A stretch of DNA of 64,000 nucleotides, taken from Octopus vulgaris (taxonomy: Eukaryota). The notes beneath the pieces were generated by a model that had not been told where the DNA came from, searched no databases, and saw only the letters and a list, made by a program, of their open reading frames with translations. Position 1 is the first letter of the stretch; every line of letters begins with the position of its first letter. The translations under genes and the position numbers were made by a program. The stretch is from contig OX597815.1 in assembly GCA_951406725.2 (NCBI GenBank), positions 171,864,001 through 171,928,000 of the forward strand. The letters are read 5' to 3'. This document shows positions 40,397 to 52,570 of the stretch, piece by piece.

Positions 40397-41046
40397 ACTC
40401 TCGGAGTGGTTGGTGTTAGGAAGGGCATCCAGATCAGACTGGAGCCTGGCGCAGCCTTCTGGCTTCCCAGACCCCAGTTGAACCGTCCAACCCATGCTAG
40501 CATGGAAAACGGACGTTAAACGATGATGATGATGATGATGATGATGATGATATATATATGTATGTATATATATATCATCAGCATCATCATTGTCATTTAA
40601 CGTCTGCTCTCCATGTTGGCATGGGTTGGACAGTATGACAGAGAACTGGCAAACCAAGAGGCTGCACCAGGCTTCAATTTGATTTGGCAAGGTTTCTACA
40701 GCTGGATGCTCTTCCTAATGCCAAACACTCCGAGAGTGTAGTGGGTGCTTTTATGTGCCACCGGCACGGGACCCAGTCAGGCAGCACTGGCATCAGACAC
40801 ACTTGAATGGTGCTTTTTATGTGCCACCGGCACAGGAGCCAGTGAGGTGGCACTGCCATCAGTCGCACTCAAAATGGTGCTTTTTACATGCCACCAGCAT
40901 GGGTGCCAGTCAAGAGGTACTAGCATCAGCCATGCTGAATGGTGCTTTTCACATGCCACTGGCATCAGCCATGCTTGAATGGTGCATTTTATGTGCCATT
41001 AGCATGGGTACCAATCTGGCAGTACTGGCATCAGCCATGCTCGAAT
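40397..41046. mobile_element. two RTE 3' fragments, tail-to-tail (plus 40397-40551, minus 40575-41046)
   Basis: (GAT)n and (CAT)n tails face each other. Confidence 0.8.
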
Positions 41047-41822
41047 TTTTTTTTTTTTATATATATGTATATATAGTCATCATCACTGTTTAACATCTGA
41101 TTTCCATGCTGGCATGGACTGTATGGCTTGATAGGACTCAGTGAACCAGAGGACTGCAGAGAGGTCTGATATCCACTTTGGCGTGGTTTCTATAGCCGGA
41201 TGCCCTTCCTAAGGCCAGCCATTATACAGAATGTACTGGGTGATTTGCTGTATACTCTTGCTTGTCATATCTTTACTCATCTGATATCCTGCATATGCTT
41301 TATATGTTTGTATCAGCACAGTCTTCTGTCTTTCATGCTACATTTCATTTCTCTGCCATCCAGCTTTTCTTTTAGCTCATCCATATGCTCATGTACACAA
41401 ACATTACACACTCAGTGTAGCATGTTTGCTTCATTTCTTTCCATCCATTGCACATCCTACACATTCCTTGTCTGTTTCACTCCTATACAATATTGCACTT
41501 CAAATATAAACATCATACAATTTGCCCTTCACTTGAAAAGTGTACTTACTTGCTGTCAGTAGGAGTAACAACGCTGTGAACTTTTCCCTCCCTGTTCTTA
41601 TTCTGGCTGCCATAATTCCAAAATATGATCCATATTAATTAGATTACCTGGGTAACAGAAACTATCAACTATCTCTAGGGAGCCTTACAAGCATTTAAAA
41701 GAATTCATTTCATGAATGCACCTATTGCTAATTTACCCCTGCACATTTGTCAACATGATCCTACTGCATCTCTTCAGCAGTCATAGTTAGCTTTTGGTAC
41801 ACTGTACAAAGTTCCAGTCAAC

Positions 41823-41879
<57 letters not shown>

Positions 41880-42438
41880 CACACATATAGTTTCAGGCAT
41901 GACTGTGTAGCTATGAAGTTTGCTTTCCAGCCATGTGGGTTTTGGTTCAGTCCCACTGTGTGGAACTTTGTTGAAAATTAGTTATGGCCACCTCTCTGAT
42001 GGTAGTCTGTAGAGTCCTATCTTCCTTTCTGTAAACTAAATCTCTTGTTTTTCTAAGTTAACTTTGAGGCCTCTCAATTCTAGACTTGTTTTTGTGTTCA
42101 AAAATTCTTCTTTCAAAATATGACAGTTATAATGGCTAATGTACAGTACAATGTCACATTGTTTTATAACCAAAAAGTGGACATTTGGAGAGAATTTCTG
42201 AAACTCATAGAGCCTACAACTCACTCCTTGAGTCTCATGCCAGTTAGGTTTTCCTGTAAAACCTTGTCCTTTCAAGGACACCAGTGCAAAACACTCTATA
42301 TGTGAATGGGGGCTACACTGAAGCAGGTGGTGAAGCTTAAGTATCTCAGGGATGTCTTCACAAGTGACAAAAGGCAGAAGGCTGAGTAAAGAGCAAGAAT
42401 TGCAGCAGCATTCAGGCATTAGAAGGGAGGTAGATATA

Positions 42439-42654
42439 TGAGGGAGTGCTGAAAAGTTCCTGGCTTTAGATAAAAGAAAATATAGGTGGATCAGTTAATT
42501 ATGATTTTATTTAACATATTCTCCTCTCAGATTCACAGTTATTGCAGTGGTCCTTCAGTTATTCTAAGCTCTGTAAAAGAACTCAGAAGGTTGGGCACCC
42601 CCAACCAGGCCTTTTGCAATACCCTTAAAGCCAGGAACTTTTCAAACACCCTCG
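42439..42654. mobile_element. mariner-type MITE
   Basis: TA|TGAGGGAGTGCTGAAAAGTTCCTGGCTTT ... AAAGCCAGGAACTTTTCAAACACCCTCG|TA. Confidence 0.85.
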
Positions 42655-42740
42655 TAAAAGCCAAACTCATTATCTTCAGTTTGGTGTTCGTGTCTTCCCT
42701 TACTTATGGCCATGAATCTTGTGTAATAATTGAAACAGTA

Positions 42741-43068
42741 TGTGAAGGTGCATAGCTTAGTGGTTAGGGGCATTCGGCTCATGGTCATAAGGTCGTGAGT
42801 TCAATTCCCGGCGGCGTGTTGTGTCCTTGAGCAAGGCATTTTATTTAACATTGCTCCAGTCCACTCAGCTGGCAAAAATGAGTAGTACCTGTATTTGAAA
42901 GGGTCAGCCTTGTCACACACTGTGTCATGCTGAATCTCCCCGAGAACTACGTTAAGGGTACACGTGTTTGTGGAGTGCTCAGCCACTTACACATTAATTT
43001 CATGAGCAAGCTGTTCTGTTGATTGTATCAGCTGGGACCTTCGTCGTCGCAACCGACAGAATGCTCCT
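42741..43068 (+). mobile_element. CORE-like tRNA SINE family C
   Basis: TAGCTTAGTGG A box, GAGTTCAATTCC B box, CORE-like GTGTCCTTGAGCAAGGCA. Confidence 0.8.
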
Positions 43069-43264
43069 ATGATAGGGAATACAAGCAGCCAAAATAGAGT
43101 TCTTCCAAAGGGTCTTTGGAGTAATGTTAGTCCGTAGAGTACTTAGCTTGGGGATCAAAGAGATATTTCAGGCAGAGCCACTACTTCACCAAACTGAGAG
43201 ATTACATCTCTGATGCTACAGACATATAGTAAGAATGTCTGGAAAACAATAACTTTTTTTTCTT

Positions 43265-43583
43265 TTTGCTCTTTTCAAGCCTAGCCAGGTTCATGGGCCC
43301 GGTTTCCCAGTTTCTGTGGCATATGTGTTCCCCCCCCCCCCCCAGCTGGATGGGACGCCAGTCCATCGCAGTGTTATTCAAGAAATAGGAAGTGAGAGTG
43401 AGAGAAAGTTGTGGCGAAAGAGTACAACAGGAGTCGCCACTCCCCACCCCCTTCCAGAGCCTCATGGAGCTTTAAGGTGTTTTCGCTCAATAAACACACA
43501 CAACGCCTGGTCTGGGAATCAAAATTGTGATCCTCCAACCGCGAGTCCGCTGCCCTAACCACTGGGCCATTGTGCCTCCACAA
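43265..43583 (-). mobile_element. CORE-like tRNA SINE family C
   Basis: Minus strand TGGCCCAGTGGTTAG...ATTTTGATTCCC. Confidence 0.8.
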
Positions 43584-44017
43584 ACATGCCTTTTTAAAGC
43601 CTCATGGGCCCAGTTTCCCAGTTGGAAAGAATAACTAGACAAGTTTTATGCACAAAATGAGTTTCACTCAACAAATTGTTGTGCAAGCTTTTAAAGGCAT
43701 TTATCAGCATAGAGTATTGAGGTTCTGTTAAAACAATCATATATGCTACAAAATATGTCAACAAAGATTTTGACATGGCTGACTTTGTTACTGAAGTGGA
43801 GTTCAATGTGGGCAGGCTGGATGAAGTGTAACAATAAAAGAGAGGCAAGTACATCTCCAGTAAAGATACAATCTGGAGGATCTGATATACTATTAAAAGA
43901 TTCATGTAAAATAAAGGACATCTGTCAACATGATGATGATGATTATGATTATGATCATCATCATCCTCATCCTCATCATTAATGTCATTATCATATAATG
44001 TGCACTTTTCCATGCTC

Positions 44018-45851
44018 AAGGGTGGGTAACGAGTACAGTGAAGAATTCAGGGTACAAGTAGGGGTTCACCAAGGATCGGTGCTTAGTCCCCTCTTGTTCA
44101 TCATAGTCCTCCGGGCAATAACAGAGGAATTCAAGACAGGCTGCCCCTGGGAGCTCCTCTATGCTGATGACTGCTCTTATAGCTGAATCACTACCTGAGC
44201 TAGAAAATAAGTTCCAGGTATGGAAACAAGGTCTGGAGTCTAAGTTAACCTAGAGTTAACCTAGCAAAAACCAAAGTCATAGTAAGTAGGAAGGCAGACA
44301 AATCACAAATCCCCTCAGGTAGATGGCCCTGCTCAATCTGTAGAAAAGGTGTAGGTAGAAACTTCATAAGATTCACCCAGTGTAAGCTTTGGTCACAAAA
44401 GGTGCAGTAACATAAAAGGAAGATTAACAGAGAAACTAACTTTTATATGTGGAATGTGCAGAGGCATAATAAATGCTGAACAAGTGCAGAAAATAGACTC
44501 CATCAACTGGAGGGGGGGGACAAGCTAAAGGTAGTAGATAGCTTCCAGTATCTAGACAACCAGGTTAGTAGTGGAGGTGGTTGTTCCAAGAGCATAGCTG
44601 TGAGAATGAGATTAGGCTAGGCAAAATTCAGAGAGCTCTTACTCCTGCTGGCAACAAAGGGCCTTTCTCTCAGAGTGAAAGGGAGATTGTTTGATGCCAG
44701 TGGTGAACAGCTATGCTGCATGGCAGTGAAACATAGGCTATGACAACCAAGGACATGCGTGGCTTGAGAGAAATAAAGCCAGTATGCTTTGCTGTATGTG
44801 CAATGTCAGTGTGCATGTTTGACAGAGTGTAAACATCTTGAGAGAAAAGTCAGGCATAAGAGGAATCAGATGTGGTGTGCAAGAGAGACGACTGCATTGA
44901 TATGGTCATTTGATGCATATGGATGAGTACAGCTGTGTAAAGAAGTGCTGATCTTTAATGTAGAGGGGACCTATGGTAGAGGTAGACCTAGGAAGACATG
45001 GGATGAGGTGGTGAAGCATGACCTTTGAACTTTGAGCATCACAGAGGCAATGACTAGCGACTGAGACTTTTGGCGATGTGCTCTAATTAGGAGATCCCAT
45101 CAAGCCAAGAGAACCCGTGCTGGGAGCATGTAAAGAAAAAAAATCAATCTTTGAAGATTGGGCCTCATGGAGGCAAAGTGGCTGAGTACCTTTCGAGCAT
45201 TGGGCCTGATAGAGGCAAAGTGACTGAGTTTCTTTTGAGCATTGGGCCTCATGGAGGCAAAGTGGCTGAGTTCCATTCAAGTGATAGTCATTACAGAAGC
45301 AAGGTGGCTGAGTTCCTTTCAAACGAACCTCATGAAGGTCAGGTGGCTGAGTTCCTTTTGAGCACTGAGCCTCATGGTGGCAAAGTGACTGAGCCCCTGG
45401 GCTGCATGAAGGCAAAGTGGCTGAGTTCCTTTCAAGTGTTGGGCCTCACAGAGGCAAGGTGACTGAGTTCCTTTTGAATAGGCCTCACAGAGACAAGGTG
45501 GCTGAGTTCCTTTCGAGCATTGGGCCTCATGGAGGCAAAGGGGCTGAGTTCCTTTCAAGTGTTGAGCCTCACAAAGGAAAAGGCCAAGACCTTTGGCATT
45601 ATGTCATGCTTGAGAGGAGGACCCATCAAGCCGAGCAGTATCACAGTCGTGGCAGATACTGGTGTCACGCAAATGGCACCCGTGCCAGTGGCATGTTAAA
45701 GTATGCATTACATTCTTAGAGTGGTTGGTGTTAGGAAGAACATCCAGCCAAAGAAAACCAAGCCAAATCAGACTGGATCCCGGCACAGCCTTCTAACATG
45801 CCAGTCCAATCAAACCGCCCAGCCTATGCTAGCATGGACAAAGGACATTAA

Positions 45852-45886
<35 letters not shown>
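44018..45886 (+). mobile_element. 5'-truncated RTE LINE (decayed RT, 3'UTR, (GAT)n tail)
   Basis: GVHQGSVLSPLLFIIVL...WELLYADD; VNLAKTKV; frameshifts and stops; tail identical in type to the dispersed fragments. Confidence 0.92.
45155..45575 (+). repeat. ~42-bp tandem minisatellite (~10 units) in the RTE 3' region
   Basis: Unit GAGCATTGGGCCTCATGGAGGCAAAGTGGCTGAGTTCCTTTC. Confidence 0.9.
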
Positions 45887-45887
<1 letters not shown>

Positions 45888-46307
45888 GGGGCAGACTTTC
45901 AACAGATGGATGACATTCTTCTTGTCACCAACTGTCCACCTGTTTCCAAGCAAAGTAATATCTCCCAATAGTTAGACATGTTTTTCACGGAAGACTAGAA
46001 ACAAACAATCTCGTTTGTATGACACTGGCACCCATTTACAACCATCACATGATATCTACACAAAGGTGCACACAAAAACAAACATACACACACACGTATG
46101 CATACAGTACATAGACATATACACTCACACACACACACATGCATACTCACATATATATTCACACACAATGGGCTTCTTTCAGTTTCTGTCTACCAAATCC
46201 ACTCACAAGGTTTTGGTTGGCCCATGGCTATAGTAGAAGGTGCCACACAGTGGGACTGAACCAATGATCATATGGTTGGAAAGCATATGCCTGAACTTAT
46301 GTGTGTG

Positions 46308-46351
<44 letters not shown>

Positions 46352-46702
46352 CCTTTTCAGTCTATGTTCAATTTTTTATGCTGCCAGGATTAATGCATTG
46401 CTCTTATGTTTCATTTCAGCATAGGAAATACCTTGGCTGACACCTACTCTAATCTGTGCTGAGTGCCCCAGCATGGTCACAATCTAAAGATTGAAACCAA
46501 TGAATACATGCATACATACATGCATGCATGCATGTATGTATATATGTATGTGTTTGTGTGTGTATGTGTGTGTATGTATGTATGTATGTATTTATGTATG
46601 TATGTATGTGTGTGTGTGTATACATACATAAAGCATAAATGTGCATACACACACACTCATACAAATACAACACGTAACTTATATAAGTTGCCAGCTAACT
46701 AC

Positions 46703-46757
46703 CTGTAAAGATTCCAAATCTGACAATTAATGTAGATTAATGAAATGCCAAGTATAG
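46703..46757 (-). CDS. candidate 55-nt coding exon
   Basis: Acceptor TTTTGGTTCCATGTTCAG, donor CAG|GTAGTT; only open frame is phase 1->2, ILGISLIYINCQIWNLY. Confidence 0.4.
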
Positions 46758-47107
46758 CTGAACATGGAACCAAAATCACAAATGAAAGGAAGATAAAATA
46801 ACAATTAAGAAGCAGCTACACTAATAAATAAATCAGTTTTTTTAAGTAACATTCATTTCAAGTTTTGTCACAAGGCCGGCAATTTCAGGGGAGGGAGTAA
46901 GTCAGTTACATTGACACCAGTGTTTAACTGGTACTTATTTTATCAAGCCCCAGAGAATTAAGAGTAAAGTCAACCTCTGTGGAATTTGAACTCAAAATGT
47001 ACAGACGGACAAAATGCCGCTAACCATTTTGTTCGGCAAGCTACCAGCTCTGTCAGCTCGCTGCCCATTTTTTTATTATGTAATATTAACATGTGTTAAT
47101 ATTACAT

Positions 47108-47268
47108 AAGGAGTGGCTGTGTGGTAAGTAGCTTGCTTACCAACCACATGGTTCAGGGTTCAGTCCCACTGCGTGGCACCTTGGGCAAGTGTCTTCTACT
47201 ATAGCCTCGGGCCGACCAAAGCCTTGTGAGTGGATTTGGTAGACGGAAACTGAAAGAAGACCATCGTA

Positions 47269-47299
<31 letters not shown>

Positions 47300-47534
47300 A
47301 TATGTGCGTGTGTTTGTGTGTCTGTGTTTGTCCCCCTAGCATTGCTTGACAACCGATGCTGGTGTGTTTATGTCCCCGTAACTTAGCGGTTCGACAAAAG
47401 AGACCGATAGAATAAGTACTGGGCTTACAAAGAATAAGTCCCGGGGTCGAGTTGCTCGATTAAAGGCGGTGCTCCAGCATGGCCGCAGTCAAATGACTGA
47501 AACAAGTAAAAGAGAGAGAGAGAGAGAGAGAGAG
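47108..47534 (+). mobile_element. SINE family A, young-looking, (GA)n tail
   Basis: CpGs largely retained. Confidence 0.9.
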
Positions 47535-48173
47535 TATGTGTTACTTTAATCTGTGAAATAGAAGCGACTGCTTATGAAGCTGGCATTTACAGCAACTGTG
47601 ACGACTTAAATTTGAATACAATTTTATTAAATTTCTTTCTATAATTAATTGTTATTGTTTCTCACTTGTCTATTTCTTATCTTCATACTGATATGCAAAA
47701 TGATTTTCTACTTTGTCCCATCATTAATTACTCTTTTGTTAACTACAACACTGTTAAGTTTGGAGAATTTATTTGGAGAATTTACTGGAGGTTTATTTCT
47801 TCATTTATTTATTTTATTTTGTCAATCTCCTGTCATCATTTACAAGCTCAAGATACTTTTACAACCTGTTTATCTTGTATTTTGTGTTTTTTATCTTTAA
47901 TTTTCGCATTGATTGTTATCACATGACAGTAACATCTGAGACATTACAACTATCTAATGCTCAGTCACTTTCTACATTCTTGTTAGTAACTTAAACATAT
48001 TCCTTTGATTTATATTATCAATTCAAGTAGATCAAATTTATCACTTCCCCTTTAACCTAATTAGAATAAGAGGTCAGATCTCACATTGAGTAACTTTTTT
48101 CTTTTTTACGATGAAAAAAAAAAATTACTTCACTTTTTCATTGATTTGGAAAATACAGGGCCAGTTAACTCAC

Positions 48174-48233
48174 TTCGAAACCAGAAACTTCTTGTCACCA
48201 GAGCAACAAATAATTGCTGAATGAGCACACTAT
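48174..48233 (-). CDS. candidate 60-nt exon
   Basis: Acceptor TTCATTTAACTTACAG, donor GTGAGT; only open frame is phase 1->1, SVLIQQLFVALVTRSFWFR. Confidence 0.45.
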
Positions 48234-49415
48234 CTGTAAGTTAAATGAATGCACGGTTATTGGTCAATAAGTAGATTTAAGAAGAAAATTACTCTTAATT
48301 GTTTTCCTGATCTTGGGGTTTCCGTAAATACCTTTTAATCCATAGCTAGATTAGTTGAGATCTCTTTCATCAGCTTTACAGTTTTAAAAAATTAGTTATG
48401 GATATATAAGAATAGAGAATTAGAAGCTATTACAGAGAAAGTTGATGCTTGTACAGTCTGCTGGGGAATTCCTCAACTTGAGAGTGAATACATATAACAA
48501 GTGTAAGCTAGTTTGGTCTTATTTTGGATGCGATGATCTAATAATAGCCAACAGTAGCTCTACTGGAGTGTGAGAACAGACAAATAAGGAAGGGTTAAAT
48601 TAGTACTCTCAACGGATAACAGTAGTCGTTTCAACTAAGGCAGTCTGAAAACCCGAGTTATGGTAAACCACTAGAAGTGTTGTAAAATTTTCCATAGACA
48701 TTTCCAATATTTAAATTCCGAAAAGCAATCTCTCCTAGTCTATGATTACTTATAACATTACTCCTAAGTAAGTTAAATTGAGTGTCAGCTTAAAAACGAA
48801 GGATGCTAGCCACTGGATTACAGGACATAGTAGTCCCTAAGCTTATTTCGATAAAGTATTTGCAGAATAAATGAGTGGACAGTTATTGTACGTATTGAGA
48901 TGGTTAAATTTGTTCTTTTGTATTTAATTTTGTAGAAACAAAATATCCCTTCTAGGAATTTTAGAATTAAATAAATTATATCAGATTTATCTTCTCATTT
49001 TCAGCAAGATTTTCTCGCATACATGTAACGAGTAATATTTATTTATTTACATTTTTAAGGTTGGCTCATTATTTTGGAAACATTTCCTCGACCTCAAGAA
49101 GTCCTCATAAACGAAGCTAATGGCATTGGTGGAGGGTGAGATACAGAGAAATGTCAGCAATGTTGGTATTGTGACTGGAATATCCTTTTGTAAAGGAATC
49201 AAGCGAGGGAGAGAGAGAGAAGTGGCAAGTGTCTATTTATAGGTAGGTTGGTAAGTAGATAGGTGAGCTAGGAACGTACGTCTTTTACCTACGTGAATGG
49301 CTGCCTACGTAAATCGGTAGCGATTACGTATGGGCTTCTATCTACATAAACATTGCGGCAGCTTAACCTTATGAAGCCATTTGTAACTTTCTTTTTCGGA
49401 AACGGGATCTTTACC

Positions 49416-49445
49416 ATGATTAAACAACACAAGTCGATTCACGAG
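49416..49445 (+). CDS. candidate first coding exon of a plus-strand gene
   Basis: ACC-ATG...MIKQHKSIHE|GTAAGT; no downstream exon identified. Confidence 0.25.
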
Positions 49446-49524
49446 GTAAGTTCCTTTTCATTTGATTACCTTTATTTCGTTATTAATTAAAACAGAATGT
49501 CAAATAAAGCACGAGGATACTCAC

Positions 49525-49548
49525 GCCTATCTTTCACATATGTAACAG
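49525..49548 (-). CDS. candidate exon, 5' boundary uncertain
   Basis: GTGAGT donor; frame ...AVTYVKDR ends in phase 1, matching the 48233 exon. Confidence 0.3.
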
Positions 49549-52049
49549 CTATTTTAAAGTAATTTATTATTTTGGAATCCTTTCTCGTAAGATGATTTTG
49601 ATAACAGAATAGTTTCCCTTTGCATATTGTGTTTGTATAGGTGTGTATATAATATATATGTATGTAGTTACATATGTACATACTGACGGAATGATAGATG
49701 GAAGAACATGCGCATATGTTAATGTGAAAGTGTTTATGTTTCTCGTGTTTATAATATAAACGCATATTTTTGCATGAGTATATGTTTGCATTTATGTTTC
49801 TCTATGATATTATGCATTCACCGATCACAAATACACACACAAATAAAGATCATCTAGTCGCGAGCTTGCTTGGGTTTTGAAATTTAACGTCCATCGTTAC
49901 ACTGACGTAACTTGAGTTTATACCACCTGGGACAAACTCTTCGTCTACCTCCAACCTGAACAGCACAAAATGATACATATATAAAGTATCTCACGGGGTA
50001 GTCCACCTCCCTCGCCCTTTTATAATCACTCGTGCATGGTTACCGGGTTTATAGCTGTTAGCAGCGCTGCACTTTAGGAACTTGGTGAACCTGGTCATTG
50101 ACCTCAGAGTTTGCTTTAGCTGATATCGCCTGACAACACCCACCACTGTTTTCTATGGCTTTACTTGTAACCCTCGGTCAAGTAGCTGTCGGAATTTATG
50201 CCATGCCGAAGGACAGCTCATGTCTAGTCCAAGACGATTAATTTCTATGCTTGCCTCTAACTCAATTTAGCTACCTTTCCTTTATTCACTACCTCTGGAA
50301 TCGCCTAGCAGAAGCTCTCTTCCCTGCTGCTGTCTCTACTTCGGATTAATGGTTATATAAAGTTGTATATATGAGTATGCGTATACATGCAAATGTATAT
50401 CCATATGTGCATGCATGCTTGTATGTATATACGCTTGCATGCATGCATGCACGTATGAATGTGTCACCACCCACATTACTGTTTTTTCCATGCTGACACA
50501 GGTTGGACGAGGTGTCGTTAAATTTTTACTATCACACTCATAATAGCACGGGCGTATTCAGCGCTGCAGTGTCAATGGGAAGATATACACAGACAAATAT
50601 ACAGACACGCAACACGCAAAATACACACATACGTACGTACATATATGTACATATACAAATACATGAATATGCATAATACATGCACACACATATATGTATA
50701 TATGTGTGTGTGTATGTGCATGTATATGCATATATACATATATAATAAAGTGTATGTGTGCGCATGTACGTAGGTGTACACCAACGTTGCAATGAAAAAC
50801 GACTCGATACGAAATCCTGAATTAAACACTTTTTTCTGCTACTGTTGACAGTGACTTCAAAGTTTTCTCTGCAGCTGATTTCTCAGTGAGTTTGTCCAGC
50901 AACACACACACACATACACACACACGTGGTGAGTGTGCATAATATTTTGCTTCAATGCAAATGTGTTATATAATATGCTTTGAACCTTGTCATTCACATA
51001 TGAATATCAATATTTGCGTTTGTTTATAAGTACACATACATGCATACATAAGTATGCGTACATGCATACATAAGTATACATACATGCGTACATACATTCA
51101 TACATACATACGTGCGTTCGGGCGTACGTACGTACGTACATGCAGGCATGGAGGCGTTTGACTAATTTATTACTTAGAGGGAGGGAATAGTACTGGTTTC
51201 CAACAAACAAACGGAAAAAAAAAATTCCGTCACTAGATTTTGGATATCAATAGTAATAATTGTTAAATATTGAACTTTCAGAAAGGCTTGCATATTTTAT
51301 TGGTTGTTATTTAAAGTTCATGTTAACCGGTCACTTCCCCCCAAAATCTTAGCTTTTCCAGATTGTCACTAAAGATATTTACTTGCATAACTAATTTAAT
51401 CAATGATTATTGCTATAAATGGGAATTTATAATCAGAGTTGAGGAGCTGCAGGTTTCGTAACAGTTCTTGATAGATATTCTCTTACTGATTTTGGAAAAG
51501 ATGTTTACATCTGTCGGACAGCTATCCCATATCTTTTCATGTCTTTTATCTTGTGTCTCAGATAACTATATCAAGTTCGATATATTTGTTCTTAGTAGAT
51601 TTATTGGGAATTTTCCACCTGTATCTATGTACGTGGGCGTGTTTGTGTGTGTGGGCGTGTGTTTGTGTGTGTGTGTGTGTGTATGTGTGCATGTGTATGT
51701 ATGCATACATGTTTATATGTATGTGTAATAATTTAACTCAGTATCGAAAAGGGATTTTCAACCCAACATCTACATGCTGTTATTTATAGCTTCATGTGAG
51801 CCTTGGGAACCACTATTTCTTAAAAGAATTATTTCATGTTCTCTCGAAAATTTATAAAAATCTTATGACATCAACAGTGTGTTGTGCGCGCGCGAGCGTG
51901 TATGTGTGTGTGCGCGCGCGCGTGCCCATACATTTACACACGCATCTAATATATATGTATGTATGAATGTATATATATGCATGTGTATGAATGTGTGTGT
52001 GTGTAAGCTATGTACAAAGATGTAGTTAGTAAAATGAGTAAACTTAGTG

Positions 52050-52570
52050 AATGAATTCAGTGATAAATTTAGCATGATGGCAGGAGTCCCCACCTTCATG
52101 GTATCTTGAGTCTGAGCCTCAAGGCTCAGTCCTCTCTTGTTCATCATAGTCCTACAGACCATCTCGGACGAGTTATGGCTGGTCGTCTATGGGAACCCCT
52201 ATATACTGATGACTTAGTACTGATGATTTAGTTCTAAACCTAGACTCCAGAAGTCTTAAGGCAAACTTAGCAAAGATGTAAGTTTTAATGAGGGAAGAAG
52301 ACAGGCCCCTGATATCCTCATGGGAAATGGCCTTGCTTGATATGCAGTAAATGTCATGGTATAAACTACATACACTGTACCCATTGTAAGTTATAGACTC
52401 AAAAGAGACATAAAATCACAGGCAAGCAAAGAATATAAGTTGCATATGTGATAGATGCACTGGAGCAGAATGTGCTGTGGGCACATCGGAAACAGATTCT
52501 CTTAAATGCCTGAATGGCTTACTAGAAATAGCTGGTAGCTGTTGTTACCTTGGCGATGTAATTAGCTGAA
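52050..52570 (+). pseudogene. old RTE RT remnant
   Basis: CTCTTGTTCATCATAGTCCT...LYTDDL, homologous to 44080-44560. Confidence 0.75.

Larger units (their letters stand above)
48600..52200. promoter_or_regulatory. CpG-retaining, repeat-poor putative promoter domain
   Basis: Visibly more CG dinucleotides than elsewhere, including (CGTA)n and (CG)n; strong splice donors on both strands; judged by eye. Confidence 0.45.

Noticed and set aside
45155-45575. CRISPR-like array or repeat-protein gene
   Set aside because: Units are contiguous with no unique spacers, there are no cas genes, and the array lies inside a LINE.
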